Position numbers and translations under genes: made by a program
Part shown: positions 26,431 through 39,180 of the stretch, in pieces
Position numbering within the stretch: the first letter of the stretch is position 1
Layout of the letters: each line of letters opens with the position of its first letter
The notes under the pieces: generated by a model
The model's database searches: none
Told to the model about the DNA's origin: nothing
What the model saw: the letters and a program-made list of their open reading frames with translations, nothing else
From: Octopus vulgaris
Taxonomy: Eukaryota
Direction: 5' to 3'
NCBI GenBank assembly: GCA_951406725.2
Contig: OX597832.1
Coordinates: forward strand, 4,464,001-4,528,000
DNA length: 64,000 bases

Positions 26431-26726
26431 AGGTTTTTAGTAGAAAAGAAGACATGGTCCTGGTATCTTCAGATGAATGGTCTTACAGAAAAGAAACAGG
26501 TATAAACTTCGGCCCATGTCTTCCTGGGTTTCTTCTTTTCCATGAGTTCTATTCATATTAAGTGGTGAAATGTCATGGAGAAGATGACAAAAGACCAGAA
26601 TGATTGGCAGTATGTGGTTCCTGAGAAGAGCAGCCCACCTTGGTGAAAAAGTTCTGAGTGTGCTCTTGTGCCTAAGTGTGTGTGTGTATACACACACAGG
26701 CAATGATACAAATATATACCTACATA

Positions 26727-27113
26727 TATGTGGCTGTGTAGTAAGAAGCTTGCTTCCCAACCACATTATTCCGAGTTCAGTCCCACTGTGTAGCACCATG
26801 GCCAAGTGTCTTCTTCTATAGCCTCAGACTGACCCAAGCCTTGTGAGTGGAATTAGAAGACGGAGACTGAAAGAAGCCCGTCGTATGTATGTACATACGT
26901 ACTTATGCATCTATCTATTGATCTATGTGTGTTTGTAGCCCCATTATCACGTGACAACCGGTGTTGGTGTATTTAAGTCACGGTAACTTAGCTGTTCGGC
27001 AAAAGACACCGATAGAATAAGTACAAGGCCTAGAAAATAAGTCATGGGGTCGATTTGTTCGACTAAAAACCCTTTAAGGTGGCGCTCCAGTATGACCGCG
27101 TCACATGACTGAA
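26727..27113 (+). mobile_element. SINE family A
   Basis: Head, body and tail match the family. Confidence 0.8.
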
Positions 27114-27940
27114 ATACACACAAATATATAAATAAATATGTATGGATGGATGTCTGTGTTTATCTCATCATCACAAGTTTGCTAGTGTTGGTGTGCTTCA
27201 GTGCATATAACTGAGAGGTCTGGTGAAGAAAGACTGGTAGTGTATGTACTAAACTTAAAAGTATGCAGCAGGGTCAATCTCATCGTTTAAACCCTTCAAG
27301 GCCGTGCTCCAGCAGGGTTGCAATAACCATTTATACACTTTTTTGTATTCTTTTGTTTTACTGATTGAACAGTGGACATACAGGCGCCAAAGCACCAAAG
27401 GGCTTTGTTGAACAAATTGGTCCCAGTAATTATTTTAAATCTGATATTCATTCTTATTACCTTTTTGCCGAACTGCTAAGTTACGCTGATGAAATGAAAC
27501 GACACCAGTGTATCAAACAAAGCTGCATACACACACGTATGAATATAAATGTATGAATGTATATATATATATATATATACACACACACGATGCCTGGGTC
27601 TATAGAAGAAACAAGGTGCCACGAAGTAAGAGTGAACCCGAAACCACCTACTTATACATCTGCCTTTGTGTGTGTGAGTGTATACACACGTAAATATCTA
27701 AGATAAATAGTTGCATATATTTACACATATTTTAATACATATGTATATAATTGTGTATCACTATGTTTTCGTACGTATGTGTATATACATTCGCACACAT
27801 AAAAATGTATGTCGACACATCTACGCATTTAGCCTGCTATAGTTTGTTCAGAAATAATTTTTTTTATCTCTATGTCGCCGTTGTATACACATACATCTAA
27901 AATGTCAGTATATACAATAAACATATGTATTATATAAGTT

Positions 27941-28150
27941 AAGGCAGCGAGCTGGTAGATTCGTTAACACGCCGGGCAAAATGCTTACTTAGCGGCATTT
28001 CGTCCGACTTATCGTTCTGATTTCAAATTCTGACGAGGTAGACTTTGCTTTTCATCCTCTTGGGGTCGATACCAGTTGAGTACTGGAGTCGATGTAACTG
28101 ACTTATCCACCCCCTCCAATTAATGGTCTTAAGCCAAAATCTGAAACCAA
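27941..28150 (+). mobile_element. SINE family B (CORE-SINE-like)
   Basis: AAGGCAGCGAGCTGGTAGATTCGTTAACACGCCGGGC...TTCAAATTC...TTTCATCCTCTTGGGGTCGAT. Confidence 0.75.
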
Positions 28151-29862
28151 TATCATATTTATACTTTAGTGTTCACCACCGTTCGTACTCAACTTACTTT
28201 CAACTACCAGCTTGCCATGTGACTGTTTATATACTAATGTACGATTCTGCATACGTAATTTGCATACCGCCAAATGAAATGTTATGGTATTTGCTCGATA
28301 ACTGGGCACCCAATTAGCTGGAGGCGTCTCACTGTGTTCTAATTATATTTGTGGAATACCTCGATGAATCTAGTACAAGAAGATTGTCTTGTCATGTAGA
28401 ATATTAACCACTAACTAAATGGTGTCCCATCATAGTGGAGCAGTTTTCTCATTGGCTTCTTGCCTTAAACCGCACCCAAATATCGGTCCGTTTGAACATT
28501 TAAATAATGACACTGCTCGTAAATAATAATTCTCTCGCTGTTTCTGCTGTTAAATTTTAAATTCGACGCTGGATTGGCGTAATTATTAGAGCGTTGGGCC
28601 AATAGCCTAGAGGTATTAGTTAGAGCTCTAGTTCAAACCAAACCGAGATCAACTTTGTCAATTATTTTTGCAGGATCGCCAGAATAGAGTTCAGCGTCGG
28701 TTAATATGCCTATAATTCACACTAGAGAAGAATGGAAAGAGGGGTTTTGTAAATATCTTTCGACTACCGTAAATCCCACAAACCCCTTGTTTCAATAAAA
28801 AGCAGTCTTCCAGTTTCTATAGTAGTTAACAGATGATTATCATAACTTCAATAGAAACGCTTGGCAAACTGTAAAATAGTGATTCGCACGCATGACGCGA
28901 TGAATTTACTTTCTAAAGAGTGAAATCTACAGAAGAAAACATGCTAATTTCAAATTGCCAACCGTGTAGCTGACAAAGATGTAAACGGGACATAACAGTT
29001 CTCTGCAGTTGACGCGATTAGATATATAGACATGTGCACGTGACATGTTTGTTTACATAGCAACACGACACGACTTTACTGTCTGAACAAAATTTCACGA
29101 ACATCTGCTTGGTAGGAAGGAAAAAAAATATTTCAAAACCAATTTAATTTCTTTCGGTGACGTTATGCACGGTCAAAGCTGCCAATGGCTAACTCGAAAG
29201 CTCGTGCATCTCCCAGAATAAGTACCTTAGCAAAGATTTATATCTCTTCTCACTGTTATTAGATATTAACGATTTCCAATATTTCTTCTACATAATATCT
29301 GCAATTGAACTTTCCTATTGAAAATGTCACACCAAAATTGTTCACATTGGACCTAGACGTTTTCATAAGTTTACTTTACATCGATGTTTTTAATATTATA
29401 ATAATTATTATTATTTAATCACACTGATAACGCATAACAAGCACTGTATTTTGGTTAACACTGCAGATTTGCTGCGGGTAATTTTTAAAGTAAGGAAATT
29501 TTAGTCAACATTAAGCACATGATGTGAAACTATATCAGTGGTATGCAGTCGTCGTTGAAGATATGGCCTGCAGCTACAAGTGTCACTGCTACAAAGTTCA
29601 ACAACTACGTAAGACTACTGCATTGTATATTTATTAACCGCTACCTAATTATTAAAAGGAATAAAATATATTGGGTAAAAAAAAAATCTTAGTAAATTTC
29701 AAGTCGACTTTGAAGACAGACACTCCCAAGCTATGAAATACCGAATTGGAAAAGGAATTAACACTTACTGAAACAATGACATTATACAAGTAACCACATA
29801 GACAGATGCACACACACACGCATATATACATACATATCTATATGTAACTGATAATGTGCGCG

Positions 29863-29893
<31 letters not shown>

Positions 29894-30673
29894 TATATAT
29901 ATACATATATACACATACATACATACATACATACATACAGGCACACCATTGCTTACTGATATTTAGTTATAAAAGACTAAACGACAGGGGAGTCTCATTT
30001 AGAAACTTATAGCAGGAAATTTATATATAAGCATATGTTGAGAAAAGGTTAGAGTTCATGAAGTTGGTTGTTAAAGGGGAAAACAGTAAAATCGCTAATT
30101 GAATGAATCAGAGTAGCTGGCTGTGCCACTTAGCAACACAATGCTAAAGTGACGTCAAGCTGGAAAGTGCATTGTGGGACAGTCAAAATTAACATGGCGC
30201 TATTGTAGAATGCCATGTGGAACTAACTGGAGTAGGACAGAATTCAGGCAATCATTAACCACTTACATACATATAATTCGTTATAACACCTAATCTAAAA
30301 ATCAGAGTAGAGTCTTTTCAAATTTTGAGTGAATAATAAAGAGAACATTTCGTTCAGGGATAGGTAGCTGTTGATTGTTGAATGTGATATAGCAGTGGGA
30401 TGGCGGCCATAAAGGGCAGAGGACTGACTTGACAAGCGAGAGATACTAAATGTCTTAGAAACATTGTAATAAAGTTAGCTGAATAATTAAAAAATTACTG
30501 TCAAATATGGAAGATGTAGTTCGAATAAATATTCATTTACTGTCAAAAATAATCTTATAAAAATATAAGATTATAAAAAGATAATTTGTAGAAGCAAAAA
30601 CTTAAGCACCAACTACAATTGAAGTAAACACTTGAACATCAGCCAGATTCCATAATAGCAAACTGTAAGATAA

Positions 30674-30682
30674 ACTTACCTG
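30674..30682 (-). promoter_or_regulatory. candidate 5' splice donor CAG|GTAAGT, 6 nt after the Rap2 stop
   Basis: Minus strand reads TGA ACACAG|GTAAGTTT; perfect donor consensus. Confidence 0.6.
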
Positions 30683-30685
30683 TGT

Positions 30686-31228
30686 TCACAGAATACTGCA
30701 ACATTCTCTTCTTTCTCTAATTGGTGTAGCATTCATCTCCCGCACAATCTCAATAAAGACATTGTCGATGTTAAGTGTGGTTTTAGCAGAAGTCTCAAAG
30801 AATGGGCAGCCCCAGTTATCAGATAGAAGAGCTCCGTCTATAGTATTCACTTCACGCTGAGTCTGGGCAAGATCGACTTTGTTCCCAACCAACAACATAG
30901 GGATCCGATCGACACCTTTCACTCGCATAATCTGTTCACGCATAGTTTTGATATCCTGGAAAGTCTGCAGACTAGTAATGCTGTATACTATAACAAAGCC
31001 TTGGCCGTTTTTTATGTACAAGTCTCTCATAGAAGCAAACTGTTCCGTGCCGGCTGTATCCAAGATCTCTAGAACACAAGGAGCAGTCTCCACTTCGATC
31101 TCCTTCCGATAGAAATCTTCAATAGTCGGATCATATTTCTCCATAAAATTACCAGACACAAACCGCACGGTGAGAGCGCTTTTGCCAACACCTCCGCTAC
31201 CCAAAACAACCACTTTGTATTCCTTCAT
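30686..31228 (-). CDS. RAP2: Ras-related protein Rap-2, 180 aa, uninterrupted CDS
   Basis: [20 protein letters not shown] (P-loop), [11 protein letters not shown] (Rap2 effector region), DTAGTEQF (Rap-specific Thr61), NKVD, ETSAK, C-terminal CCSIL CaaX. The ATG is at 31228; the track ORF begins at an upstream TTG. Confidence 0.97.
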   Translation of the reverse strand: MKEYKVVVLGSGGVGKSALTVRFVSGNFMEKYDPTIEDFYRKEIEVETAPCVLEILDTAGTEQFASMRDLYIKNGQGFVIVYSITSLQTFQDIKTMREQIMRVKGVDRIPMLLVGNKVDLAQTQREVNTIDGALLSDNWGCPFFETSAKTTLNIDNVFIEIVREMNATPIRERRECCSIL

Positions 31229-32379
31229 AATGAGTTTTAGTGCCAATTTTCAAAAAATTGATATTGAAAAGAATAGACAAATAACAGATCAAGAAAACTA
31301 CTTGGATTAATTTAGCAACGATTAATTAGTAATCATTTTCCCTTCTTTTTATTATTTGGTTAAAAAATATTCCAGATTTTGGTTCGGAGGCTGTTTTAAT
31401 CAAAGACGATACGAATATAATTATCTGTATGAAAACGACGTTTGAGCAATAAAAAGTCTTTTCTTTATTTGATATTTTTCATTGTATGTAGTTCTCTGTC
31501 AACGAGGTTGATAGGACGGCAGTTTGAATAGCTGATTTAATCACTAGACAAATAGAAAGAAAATTATTGAGTAGATAGCAAAACAATAAAGTGTACAAGA
31601 TGGTAAATTTAAGGAAGTATGAGAAAAACATATGACAAGTAGCCTAAAGTGAGAGTCGCGAAGATGTTTAAAACGTAGAACAAACGTTGACAGCCGTTGC
31701 TGATGTAAACACAATGACACAAGCTTTAAATTAATGCTACAAATTAAATAAAATGTAAACAAAATTTTTAAAATATATTTCTGTTATACGAAAGTAAAGA
31801 AGATAATGAAAAAGAAACTCACAAGTTAAAATGTTATATTGAACAGGCCAACGAGAGAGAAAGACTCGCTGAGATTAGGAGTGTCAAGAGAATGAACAGA
31901 GGAAGTGTGTTTGTATGTGTGCGTGTGTGTGTGATAATCTGTATGCGTATGTGTTTAAGTGTTATGCACATAGTTAACAGACTTTAAGAGCATTGGTACA
32001 ATAGTACCGCAGTTGGTAACTGTAGAAAGGTAACATTTGGTTAATCGACAATAAGAACTGGGAATAAAAAGAGGATAACGTTAAAGAAAAAGGGAATTTC
32101 TCTAAGTGGCGAGCGATATAAGAGTCACACAGCAGGATAAAGAGTAAAAAACAGTATTTATAACGTCCCATTAAGATGAAGAATGCTAAAAAGGTTAGAA
32201 AGAGAACTATGTAGAACTCTTGTTTTAACCAGCAATAAGATATAAACCCAAATATGATGTTTAATGCAATCGTTCTATATGTGAGCATTTTACTGTACCT
32301 TTTCGAAGCTCTGCTCCAGCGTGCGAGGCTGAACAAGTTAAATAGTAATTTTCAGCAAACGTCTGGTTGTCAGAGATGG

Positions 32380-33200
32380 TTACCAAAGAGCAGCATCCAT
32401 TTTGGATAGAGATCCAATTAACATCTCTAACACAGAAGAGTTCTTCTGCGCGATGACGCTCCGAGTGTCAGCAGTTGCAGCAGCGGCTCCTTTCTTTCTT
32501 CTATGAAATAACAGCTCACCTGCTACTTTAATTTAATTCACTGTTCTCAGCTTCTATTCTGGAACTGTTGTCGAGACTCACTACTACTCTTTCTCCTCGT
32601 TGCTCATTCTCGTTCTATTGATTACAAACTGAGTAATAGAAATCTCGAACTAATTAAAGAACGATTCTGTTTGGGATGTTGGAAAGAAACATGCGCTTCT
32701 TCGACAAGTTCCTTAAGTATTTAAAATTGTTTCGATACGGTCCTCGATAACAGATGCAATGATGAACATAAAAACAACAAAATTACTTAATTTAGAATGT
32801 CTTACGCAGTTTATTTTTTTGAAAAGCAGATTTTTAACGAGTTATTACATTTAAACATCTTCACACATTCAACAATACTCTTTTAACATATTTCGTGGAT
32901 CTTTAAAATACCAATGGTTTGTAACCGAAAACAGTTACTAATGTAAAGAATGACTGATATACCATGTTACTTACGTTTATTGTCTTTAATTCTATATAAT
33001 TGCAATATACAAATCTTGATATATGAATCGTATTAACAAGCATGATTTTTTTTCTTAATGTAAAATAGGAAATTGTAACGTTAACATCCTAAGCGAAGCG
33101 GTTCCTACTGGGAGTGGAAACCGAACGGTGAATTTGATTCGCCCAAATCATTCTCGCGCACCGCACGACTCCGATCGATTTGAAAATACCAATAAGAGGA
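32380..33200. promoter_or_regulatory. probable Rap2 promoter / 5' region, possibly bidirectional
   Basis: Repeat-free and CpG-retaining (e.g. TGCGCGATGACGC with a CRE half-site, CTCGCGCACCGCACGAC), upstream of the Rap2 ATG. No transcription start can be fixed from sequence. Confidence 0.4.
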
Positions 33201-34458
33201 GCCTCTATGCTGGCCTTCGATTTGCTACAAATAGCAGCCAAATCTCGTCAAACCACACCCTGCCATTCACAAAATAGATAAATAAAATAAAGTACTCCGG
33301 GTTACACAGTATCTGAAAACAAGATGGGACTGTGATAGAAATTCTTTTGATTATATGTCTTTTCGATTAAAGCAGTTCTGGGACTGAACAACACGGCACA
33401 TATGTGATGGTTCAGTCAGCTAGAAATAACAGCCAAATCTCCGTCATATCAAACGTCAAACGTCATATCAAAAGAATATTGTAATACTAGTGATGCTTCG
33501 CTCGAGAGAAGGATGAAATGGTCATGGCTGGGGCGCTTTTGATCATAGTTCTGCTGATTGTGGATAAACAACACATAAGAGTAGAATAACTGAAAGTCGT
33601 TTCCATTTCCACCATAGGTAAACATGAGGTGGTTCTAATTAGCATAATGTTTCCATAGAGCTCGTTTTGCAATAAAATGAAACCTTTTTAATTATTATAC
33701 ATTCGAATGTGGATAATCGGTGATCAAAGCCGCTTATTGCTCTTCTTGATTAGAGTTTAGTGAAATATGGATGGTTATATTAGTCTTCATCATCATCATC
33801 GTTTTAACGTCCACTTTTTCTTGCTTGCACGAGTCAAAGTAGATTTTCTTTGGCCGGATGCCCTTCCTGTTGCCAACCCCCTCTTGGTTCCAGTTTTATT
33901 GTTGCAACATAGTTATAGAGCAAAATGTAAACAGGAAAGAAGTCTCAGAAAGAAAAATTACCATATTTACTCATGCATTGTACAAGAAATTTAATACAAA
34001 GCATCTGGGAAGTAACATCGTACGAGAGCGTAAAAAAAAAACACAATGCAAAAGAAAAAAACAGGATAAAATAAGGTACAAAAAGTGGGGTTTACATTAT
34101 AGCTGAGATTTCATTAGGGAAAGCTACAACTGAAGGGAAGTTCATGATAGCAATTCATAATAAATTCACTGTTATAGAAGAATAGTAATGATTTACTGTT
34201 GTATAATAGTTGCATTGCTTAATGTATAACAGTTTTTAATTATTGTGTAGTCTAGGTTAGCACAGCTCTCCTCAAAATAAAATCAGTGCTTCTCGAATGA
34301 GAGGGAACTGTAAGGGTTGAAAATGCATAGGTAAAATTACAAACTTTATAATGCTAAAATTTGAAGTCTATCTGTTTGTGTGTCCCATGATTGTAGTAAA
34401 AACAGTTCATTGTGACAATAAAATGTTTGGACTTATATATATATATATATACCCTTAA

Positions 34459-34612
34459 CCCTTTAGTATTTAAATTACTTTGTCAAATAGCAATGCTTAT
34501 TTATTCACATCATTTTGAATTAATCATGCATTATCTTGTAACTTAGCAATATTGATGGTATGACATTGTAGGGTAGGTATGAGAAGCTAGATCTTGCCAG
34601 TTTGAATATATA
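34459..34612. mobile_element. piggyBac-type MITE, partial
   Basis: TTAA|CCCTTTAGTATT start; truncated by the adjacent RTE tail. Confidence 0.65.
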
Positions 34613-34616
34613 ACAT

Positions 34617-35058
34617 TCATTTTCCATGTTGGCATGGGTTGAATGGTTTAACTGGAGCTGAAGAGCTGCTCAGGCTCCATATCTGTTTTGGCATGGTTTC
34701 TATGGCTGGATGCCCTTCTTGACACCAACTATTTTACTGAGTATACTGGGGGCTTTTACACAGCACTTGCACAGGTACCTTTACATGGCACTAGTATGGG
34801 TGTGTTTTATATGGCACCAGCACCCACGAACCCACAAGATTAGGAGAGCTCAGCCGGAGAGGGATGAGCCTGTATGCAAGGGCAACCATACTTTTACTTA
34901 GCTTGGCATGTTTTCTCAAGCACAGCAAACTGCCAGGAGTCTCGGTACCCTGTCATCCTTTATGTAAGTCCCTACGTCTGTAGATCTTTTCTTACCACTT
35001 CATTCCACATCCTCCCTGGTCTACTCCTTCCAAATGTCCCCTCTACAATTAGAGATTA
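34617..35058 (-). mobile_element. RTE 3' end, decayed
   Basis: LIVEGTFGRSRPGRMWNEVVRKDL..GLT and a 3' UTR matching 49530-49700. Confidence 0.75.
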
Positions 35059-35074
35059 CAATTACAGTGCATAA

Positions 35075-36178
35075 CAGATTTGCTAAATTATCCAACAACA
35101 GGGACACTGTTACAGAGCAATATGGCAAGTTTGTGCAATAAAATGAGGAAGCAGCAGCAAAACTGATACTGATAAAGAAGAGGATGAAATGGAGAAAGTT
35201 ATCTGATGATCCTAGGGTAGAGAAAGCATGCAGTGAAGTACAAGAGGCATTCAGCAACTATCAAAGAGCTGCCAACAATGATACTAAACAAACTTTACAA
35301 AGAAAGAAAGATGGTCTAAAACAAATGTACCAAGAGATTCAAGAAGAAGAATTGGAAAATGCAAAGATTAAGCAATGGAGAAAACTGGAGGCTGATTAAC
35401 TCCATCACTGGTCGCAAAGCATGGAATCATCAAAGGATGAGATAATCAAGAAGTGGTACTCTCATTTCTACAACTTCCTGGGAAGGATCCAGAAGTTGAC
35501 AGTGAAACAAAAAAATGAAGAATTAGCAAAGATACTGGATGGTTTGCAAATCGGGAATGGAGACTTCACAAAACAAGAAATAGGAAGAGCTACAAGTAAC
35601 CTGAAAGAAGGAAAATAAACTGGTCCTAAAAACATCCTACCAGAAGTATTAAAAAGATGTGATCCTTGAATTTGCAGACAAACTACTAAATGACAATGTG
35701 AAACCAGAACAATGGTCTGAGATAGATCTGTTACTGCTGCCCAAAACTGAAGACCTAAGTGATACTGGGAATTACAGAGGGATCAGTCTGTCATCCAGTG
35801 TTGCAAAAATGGTCAACAAGATGAAACTTAACTGAATGCTACCTAAGATAGACAAACAATTCTGACCAAATCAAAATGAATTCAGATTAGGACGGTCAAC
35901 AACATCTCACATTGTTGCACTTAGAAGACTGATAGAGGGAGTTAAGAGCCATAACAGGAAGACTATCATTATCTATGTAGACTTCAAAAAGGCTTTTGAT
36001 TGAGTACATAGAGGAATGATGAAGAAGATACTTAAAGCACAGAATTTTGAGAGCAATAAGTAAGCTATATGAGAACACCAGAGCAAAAGTGATCACTCTT
36101 GATGGAGAGACAGAATACTTTGAAGTCAAAGCCTGAGTATTACACAGTGACACACTAGCACCTTATCTCTTCAATTAA
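35075..36178 (+). mobile_element. decayed RTE/RTEX-like LINE RT fragment, different family
   Basis: GNYRGISLSS, GRSTTSHIVALRRLIEGVK, IYVDFKKAFD, DTLAPYLF with many stops. Confidence 0.8.
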
Positions 36179-37370
36179 GTTACCTTAGTAAAGTGAGTAA
36201 CAGGTGCAGATATTGTCTGTACTTGTAATAACTACATATTCATAGATAGGCTCTCAAAGTATCTAACCCCATAAATCCTTATAGTTCTCAGTGTCTATCA
36301 GATTCATACTAAAGTTATGGATACATACACATATAGGTATGCTTGCTATAGGAGAGAAAACATGAGAAAAGGAACTAAAGAAACACTAAGGAGAATAAAG
36401 AAAATGAAAAAAATATGAAAGTGTCTTTCTTAGCGAAACTGCTCTCTAGAATTCTGTATGGTTCAGACGTTGAACCCTTCAGTTAACCCTTGTGGACATT
36501 TTGTAAAACTTTCATTGTCAGAGTTGTGACAATCAGTTGTTAGAAGTCTGTAAGCTTTGGAATGTGTGCATCTCTACCTTACATATATATGCATATGTGT
36601 GTGTGAATGTAGGTGCATGTATATAAGTGTGTATACATACCCTCACAGTCTAAAAGAAATCAACCAGTATATAAGAAACAATGCAAGCACCTAATCTATT
36701 TCAATTCCTGACAATGAAACTGTGAACATCTGGAAATGTTGAATGTGGATTTAAGAACTTTGTACCGTTCCAAACTGACCGCAAAACTGATAAGAAAATA
36801 TGAAAAGTCTATAATAAAAAGACAAAAATCAAACTCAGTCATGTTTTTAACAAAACATACATGCATGTATATAAACTAAGCTATGTCTCAAGCTTAGTGC
36901 AACTTTATTTAATTCTTGCATGATCAGAATACATACACATCAGAATATGTACTCTATGTTGTTCTAATGTAAGAACAAATTTGTTCTTTTTGGGTGGTGA
37001 AGAGCAGATTTGTTGTTTGCAGCTGACAGTGCAAAAGAATGTGGAAATATATGCATCCAATGATCCAATAGCATTAATCATAGCCCAATGTCTTTTCATA
37101 TAGGAGGAGATATTTCATTTAAGACTATTTTCACTGCGCAAGATCTTCCCATATCCCAAAGTACTTGCACATATTAAATATGACTCTACATGGATATATG
37201 TTACCCAATGTTTTATGTGACTTTAAACACACATTTTTTTCTGGATTTGTGTAAATGTGTATAGAATAATATATCAGATGAATAAAGTTACAACATAGCC
37301 TGGCTTACACACTTTTTATTATTGCATTCAAGAACTCAACTCAGCTCAGCTGTCAGTCAATATATTTTGA

Positions 37371-37408
37371 AATCTGATGATTACTACGAACGTATGAAAG
37401 TGCTAATT
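37371..37408 (+). ncRNA. minimal type I hammerhead ribozyme-like motif
   Basis: AAU-CUGAUGA-UUAC(UACGAAC)GUAU-GAAA-GUGC-UA-AUU; canonical core, weak helices. Confidence 0.45.
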
Positions 37409-37553
37409 GAACTTTATGAAAATTACTAAATACTTTTTCAAAGTTTAATACAATTCAATATTGTAAAAAACTTTTTCTAAAATACAATAATAAAAAATGT
37501 GTAAACCAGACCATGTTGTAGCTTTATTCAACTTTTTATACATACACACACAC

Positions 37554-37598
<45 letters not shown>

Positions 37599-37619
37599 GA
37601 GAGACAGATAGATAGATAG

Positions 37620-39180
37620 GCCAGGTCAGGTGTTGAGGCATGCACGTTGCAGTATGTTGCTGCATTTCTCAGTATATTCCTGGGTCCTCCTGACCAACCC
37701 GTTGAGCAGAGTTCAAGTCAATCTCCCCCTCCACAAGTTATCTCTTCATCTGCCATGACCATCTGGCATGTGTTCAATCAACACAACCCATCAACCCAGT
37801 CACATCCTCATTGATGAAAACACAGTAAGCAGGATCTAACTTGGAAAATCAAGCAGCATGGGCAAACAGTCTGAGCTCACATTCCTGAATCATTACAAGT
37901 AACAGGACACATTCCAGTTTCTGACGAGAGTTGTATGTTGGATATAAAATCTGACCAATGGTAACTCATAATCCTGCAAAACATCCTGGCACCAAAGGAG
38001 TTCAGGCAGCCTCTAAGAGCACTAGACAACATAAAAGTCTCACAACTATAGAACGGGAAGGGAAGACCAGAGACCCAAAGACCCAAACCTTTGTCCTTCT
38101 GACCAGATATCAGCAGAGCTAAATACCTTTATCCAATGAGTTCACAACTGCACCAGCTCATCTATGTCTTTTAGGACTTCAGACTTGTATCTAATGTTGC
38201 TATGAATCTTACAACAGAAATAAGTGAAGCAGTTAACAACTTTGACATTCTCACCTACAACAGAAACAGATGAGGTGGAGTCCTCCAAGAAGTCAACAAA
38301 AGACTGCATCTGTCTCTTGGCCAAGTGGTCTGCTTCCTCACTCAGTCAAAGGAGCACCTCCAGAGACTCAATAAAAATCATCAACAAAATCTGTAATCCT
38401 AGTTTCACCACTGAGTGCATCACAATTTGATTGAGCCACCATTCAACCAAGCACCCAATCCATGTGGGCATTGAACAGAGTTGGGGCAAAGACACAGACA
38501 TGATGGTTTCCAGTTCTAACTGGGAAAAAGCCAGCTGTTGAGCTCTGACTCCAAACCACACTGACTTCTAGTAAACAAAGCCATCATCAATCCAACCAGT
38601 TGAGGAGGAATAGCTTGCAGCTTCAGAATCCTCTGAAGCATATCTCTGTTCACTGAGTCAAATGCATTGCAGAGGTCAACTTAGGCTGCAAGAAGCCTCT
38701 GCTGAAAGCTCTGCTTATGTTCAATGAGTATGGGAATCCTGTTAGTAGTTGACTTCTAGCATGAACCCTGACTGCTCCAGCAGCTGAGATGCAAGCAGAT
38801 GATTTCTCACTCTGTCCAGGATGACTCTGACAATCACTTTACCAGGCACTGAGAAGAGTGTAACAGCTCTATAGTTGTGCCAGTCACTTTTAATTATGCT
38901 CATCTCCCAGTTAGGTGGTATGATGTCGCTACTCTAGTTTGAGCAGATGATCTGTCACTAGAACAAGACTGCAGCAGGTTCACATTTCTTGTTCATCTTC
39001 CCATGGATGCCACAAACACCAGCTGCCTACCTGCCCCTCAGCTGATTTACCATTGTATGAACCTTATCTTTGGATGGCAGATCATAGCAGTCCAGCTGGT
39101 CGGTCACCAGTGCTGAAGGCATTGTGGTATTCAGATCAGTACTTATACGACTCTTCAAAATACAACACACCGCAAGCCAT
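37620..39180 (-). mobile_element. decayed RTE-clade LINE, RT to 3' end
   Basis: NYRAVTLFSVPGKV, LLAA*VDLCNAFDSVNRDML, VKVVNCFTYF; ends ACCTGACCTG. Confidence 0.75.

Noticed and set aside
27941-28040. tRNA gene
   Set aside because: Box A/B-like motifs belong to a SINE head; no complete cloverleaf.
30686-31228. Rap2 as a processed pseudogene
   Set aside because: ORF and all GTPase motifs are intact, no poly(A) tract or target duplication is visible, and it lies in repeat-poor sequence.
31229-31246. N-terminal extension MALKLI on Rap2
   Set aside because: Starts at TTG; the conserved Rap2 start M-K/R-EYK is the ATG at 31228.
31974-32336. 120-aa hydrophobic ORF upstream of Rap2
   Set aside because: Non-ATG start, and its composition is explained by T-rich leader sequence; no recognisable homology.
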